Shown here piece after piece: positions 59,252 to 64,000 of a stretch of DNA of 64,000 bases; position 1 is the stretch's first letter, and each line of letters begins with the position of its first letter. Origin of the DNA: Glycera tridactyla (lineage: Eukaryota). A program made the position numbers and the translations under genes. The stretch is from positions 95,604,001 through 95,668,000 of the forward strand of contig OZ286461.1 in assembly GCA_965644265.1 (NCBI GenBank), given 5' to 3'. The notes beneath the pieces are model-generated. The model saw nothing but the letters and a program-made list of their open reading frames with translations, had not been told where the DNA came from and did no database searches.

Positions 59252-59428
59252 CAGTTGAACCTGCCCGAGAGGCCACCTCTCTACAAAGGCTACATGCTTG
59301 TAAAGGCCACCCTGAGCTGTGACCGTGATAGTACTTTCAACAGTGAATGACCTTTCTATAAAGGCCACCTGCCTATAAAGGCCACTTTTTGATGCGACCG
59401 AAGGTGGCCTTTATAGACAGGTTTGACT
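59252..59428. mobile_element. Tc1/pogo-type MITE (family of 16878-17036, opposite orientation)
   Basis: TA|cagttgaacctg...tatagacaggtttgact; aaggccacc repeats. Confidence 0.8.
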
Positions 59429-62294
59429 TATTTCCATCGCGGAGAAGCATGTGACATTCCGGGATTGGGGCATTTCATGATTGTTCATATATTTAAGATG
59501 GCCATCAATTCACATCCGCACTTATCTTAATCCTGTCTCCCTTATAATATCTGAAATACATTTTTGAAGTGATCATCATATGACTGATATGAAATATAGT
59601 CCTATATGAGATATAACAAATTCATTAGTCTTCTTTCCAACATCTTCTTGCCATCAAGGCCACATTCATGATAGAGGGGAAGTCACATTTCCATGAGAAG
59701 AAAAAAATGACAAGAAAACATCATTCAACTTGTTGACTCATCTACAGCTCGAAATAAGGAAAACTAATCTTATTGAAGTTTGACATGCACAAGTGCTGAC
59801 TCTTGGAGTAAAAGATCTCAATGGTGTCAGAAGTTATTGCATAAATCCTTGTTGGTGAGAATGGCAAAATCTACGCTGGATCTACCTCACCAGACCCATT
59901 CAGTCAATGTATAGCCTTGGAACTTCTCCTCACTGCATGTGTCGACTTTCATTCAATTCTTGCGTGTTTTATTAGTTACTCCTGGCCACCATGTATCAGT
60001 GTGCAGGAAATGTTTCTTTCCACTTTGGGACGGTCAGAAGTGGATGATTGTGCAAAAGTGCTGAGTTGAAAAAAAGTGGACACGATACAAGTGCCAGAAA
60101 AGATCTGCATTCACAAGATGAATGAGGCCTCATACTTGGCATACAATCCTGGGATAAACTATCGACCATGGATAATATTCAATCCAATATCTTGCAGACC
60201 ATTAGTTGCAATTCCTGTATAACAAATTCACAATCGCTGTACCTCCATTTCAAACCATTGCAGTGACAGAGTTTTGAACCTCAATACTGAGCACAGATTG
60301 GTCCACAAAAAGGAAGTGAAAACCACATTTGTCACAGTAATAATGACCTAATTGCCATCAAATTCTAGGTGATCAACAAATTTCCACTGGAAAATGCAAT
60401 GATGGTTTCAATGGCATGTCAAACATCAATACACCTACCTTCATAATAATGGAACAGCCAGGACATATTATCAATAAGCATACAAGCAAACACCCTCTCT
60501 GGTCACTGACCATGAGTGAATACATGTACATACACACCAACATCATGTGTATATTAGTCAATTTTATTATCATTATCAGCAGTGATATAGACAAACAAAC
60601 TGAGAGGGCTTATGAACCCTGTCAGCTGCCATTTCAGTTGTTTCCGAAAAAGTTCTTTCATGATTCATGAGATGTAGATCATGTTTTCAGCAAGGTTGAG
60701 GCAATCACATCAATCCCATTTTGATTGAACTTGATGTGCAATTACTATTGAATTTAAGAATACAGCAGTGATCATGAACGTAGATGCTGCACCACCAATA
60801 ATGATAATAAAAATGACTGTCCTGATAACTTGACGGAGGTTAAATCTGGAGCAACAGCTATTCATCCAGAGCATCAAGCAGTCAATGCAGGGTTCTCCAG
60901 AACTCAGGCTGGTCAGCAGGATACTAAATCAAAAACATTTGAATATTCAACAAAATCACCATAAATTCCAGGCTAGGACTGCCATGGATGAGCGAGAATT
61001 CATAGCAATGCCATCAGAATGAATATGGTGAATTCATTTAATACACAAAGGTTCTTGCTTCTATACCGCAGGCTGCGCCATTTCAATTTACAGCCATAGC
61101 ATATATCTGAAATCTACAAGATATTTCTTGCATTATCCCGTGGGTCCATACTGAATGGATTCAGCCGATCTGTGGTAGAATAACATATACATACCCTGTA
61201 TGACAACGAATCAGTGGACTCCTGCTGGAATGCAATGCACAGCTTGCTAGTAACGGATCAATCAATCCAAACAAATGGCACTGTGCTGGCCTTGGAGAGT
61301 ATAAGCAATGGTCCACACCATAAATTCAAACTATCTTATGCAATGCCATGTATGTGTTCCTCTGGATTGACAGTAATAGTTGAGTCTGACTAATTTGCAT
61401 GAATGTCTCAAACATGAGTTTCAAATCGAGATGGGTGAAATCAATATTCAAACCTTCTCACGAGTCCGACATTTTTAAAGGGGCCGCCCTTGTCTCGATA
61501 ACTTCTCACAAGTGATGCTTGATCATGTTTTTCCATCACCAAGAGTACATATTACTCTCCATTTCTGAGAATACTTCTTGGCAAATGAGCGAGAGGTTTT
61601 CGAAATATCATATCACATCAAGATCTCAAAAGTATGCAAACCAGTGAATTATTCTATTGACAAATGAACTGGTTTGTGACTCATGGAATGCAACTCAACA
61701 TAATGGAAGAAGTAATCCACAGCTACCGGAATCACATTGATCAAATACTAATTTCTGGGGCTATTATGGTATTTTTGAGGCTGGAATAAATGATTCTTCT
61801 TTAGAGGACACTAAATATCAATAAAGTGGTATTTGATATGTGTCTCTTTTCTCTGAACATTCATAGGGATCTGATGATGACATCTCAGATGGATTTGCCA
61901 TCCATATCATTGGTCACGATTCAATTGATATTTATTGTCGACAGACCGGCTGGTGAATTTCACATACAGCAAATGTCTGCATGAAGGTCCTAGCTGCCTG
62001 GAACTTTGTTCACGTCTGGATCAATGGTTATTGAGTTACAAGCTCACAAGTTATGGCAGCCAAGCAGCTAACTCAGCTGCAGCAACCAAATTCCATGTAG
62101 ATTGCAGCTCTGTAACTATTAATTCACAGGCACTTCATTAGAACTCACATGGGTTCCATTCATACTGCATTCTTACAACAATGATAAGATCACATCAAAA
62201 ACATTAAAATTCCCATCACATTTTAAGAAGCAAAACAAAACAAGCAGTTCCTGAAGCAGCAAATATAACCAAACTGAGAATATGAAAATCCACT

Positions 62295-62470
62295 NNNNNN
62301 NNNNNNNNNNNNNNNNNNNNNNNNNNNNNNNNNNNNNNNNNNNNNNNNNNNNNNNNNNNNNNNNNNNNNNNNNNNNNNNNNNNNNNNNNNNNNNNNNNNN
62401 NNNNNNNNNNNNNNNNNNNNNNNNNNNNNNNNNNNNNNNNNNNNNNNNNNNNNNNNNNNNNNNNNNNNNN
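62295..62470. other. Assembly gap
   Basis: N run. Confidence 1.
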
Positions 62471-62589
62471 TGCACGTGCAGTATCCTCTTTCTCAGGATA
62501 TTCCTGTGTATGGAAGCTATGATTCACCCCAAGGTGATTCACTTCAAATTAAAGATAACAAATCTGCATGTTGAAGCTACCTTGAAATC

Positions 62590-62800
62590 AGAAGGAGATC
62601 TGACTTCTGAGTCAAAGTAAATAACAGCAGGATGTGTCACTTCTGAATCACTGTGCAAAATCAGCAGAATAACTCAGTTCTGAGTTAGAGTTGAGATCAG
62701 CAGAACTCATTTCTGAGTCAACGTCAAAATCAGCGATCTCACTTCTGAGTCAAAGTTGAGATCATTGTGAAATCTCTTTCCTCAGTCGAAGTAAAAATCA
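62590..62800. repeat. Degenerate short-period tandem repeat
   Basis: Recurrent (c/t)tctgagtca / gagatc / aaaatcag motifs. Confidence 0.5.
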
Positions 62801-64000
62801 GACATCCTCTAAACTCGTTATAACAAACAAGTACTCATTGAATAATTGCAGGTCAATGTTCATTGGAATATCCATACACTCTTCACAATCCATACAGAAA
62901 TGACTTTCACATTCAACTCGGGAAATAAAAGCTCTGCAAAAGAAAATATGACAGGTATCCAAAGCAATCTCCTCAAACATCAGGAAGAGTGAAGTTTTAG
63001 CTTGAAGCCAGGAATCTGCAAATCAGGGAAAGGAAATATGTGGGAAAGAAGCTGCAGCTGTGGGAAATGTTGCAAAATAAAAATATGAATATATACATAA
63101 TCCAACGTGTTTCGAGAGATGCCTGGTACTCTTCTGTCATTTCTGATCAACTGGCCCTCATTGGTCTTCTCAACAAGTTTGCACAGTCTGCCATTTTAGT
63201 GATGACCTCATTCCAACATCATTGACAATCATTGGCAAACCTTGACTGTCAACATTATGACCTTGGTTGGACCGTTCAGATATCTGATCAAAGTCATTGA
63301 TACTGGACTAATCTTCATCCTATAACAATTGCCTGTCCTATCATCAATTCTCGTAGCACCAATATTCATCATCACCATAACCATTTTAGCTTACTTTTTG
63401 GTGTTTGGCTCATACCGACCACTGAAATTCCAAAGGAAAGTAGTCATAAGAAGGATGAGAATTTCCAAATTTGTATTTGAGCTATGCTAAACTCTTGCAG
63501 TCACAAATGAGGTTGCTGTACAATAATGGATCTTCCTATATTACTGATGACAGAACAGAGAACCTGAACATCTCTTTAAAACGAAAACAACTGATGAACT
63601 ATTCCCCTTCACAAACAGGAGTAATGACACTTCAACCCTTTCGGTCATACAGGTTTCCACTTCATATACCTGCCTGTCAGAGTACAAGTTGTAGTAGATC
63701 TCACATGAGTAAGGGGAGAGCTAGCCAGTCTGGTAGCTACCAATTCACATATTGGTCAGTTCTGATGATGATGCCATCAATATTTACTCAGTATCTCAAC
63801 CATGTTAGATGTCGTTGAAAGAAATAAGATCGCGTATAAAGAGCGATAGCTGTAGATACCACAAATGTATCACAGCTGGTATTGCAGAGGTGGTGGGGGC
63901 CATATGCCTATGTGATTCATGATCCATGTATATGTAAGGCAGTTTGGATTGCTGGAATTATCTGTTTTCAAAATATGTGATAAGTCTATAAATTGTAATG

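Noticed and set aside
60373-61020. Hydrophobic peptide fragments suggesting a transmembrane protein or the cadherin TM segment
   Set aside because: Multiple stops, no consistent frame, and located upstream of the EC exons, which is the wrong side for a TM segment.
63250-63410. GDD...RIDDRTG on the minus strand as a candidate missing short exon
   Set aside because: Needs a frameshift and lacks clean AG/GT boundaries.

Overview
Eukaryotic (animal) genomic DNA, AT-rich with visibly CpG-poor introns; probably a lophotrochozoan invertebrate (inference). It has four short assembly gaps. About 56 kb (61-56157, minus strand) is an internal part of one giant non-classical cadherin gene. I traced 55 GT-AG exons by hand, all phase 0-0, which splice into an uninterrupted frame of ~2,970 aa (~28 cadherin EC repeats). 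Both ends of the gene lie outside the traced region. Exons alternate long (59-66 codons) and short (40-48 codons), so each EC repeat is split twice and never at its boundary. The ectodomain is built from a 4-exon, 2-EC module in the order delta-gamma-beta x7-delta-gamma x4. None of the 28 interdomain linkers has the canonical DxNDN calcium motif; 27 of 28 read R-N/R-D instead. Two duplicated domains have lost their DxD and AxD ligands. One module has precisely lost an intron. Introns carry TA-flanked Tc1/pogo-type MITEs, CAGT-ended MITEs with 6-bp target duplications, a Helentron-type (HINE) end, minisatellites and decayed tyrosine-recombinase (DIRS/Ngaro-like) retroelement relics. All coordinates and translations were read manually and should be checked computationally.
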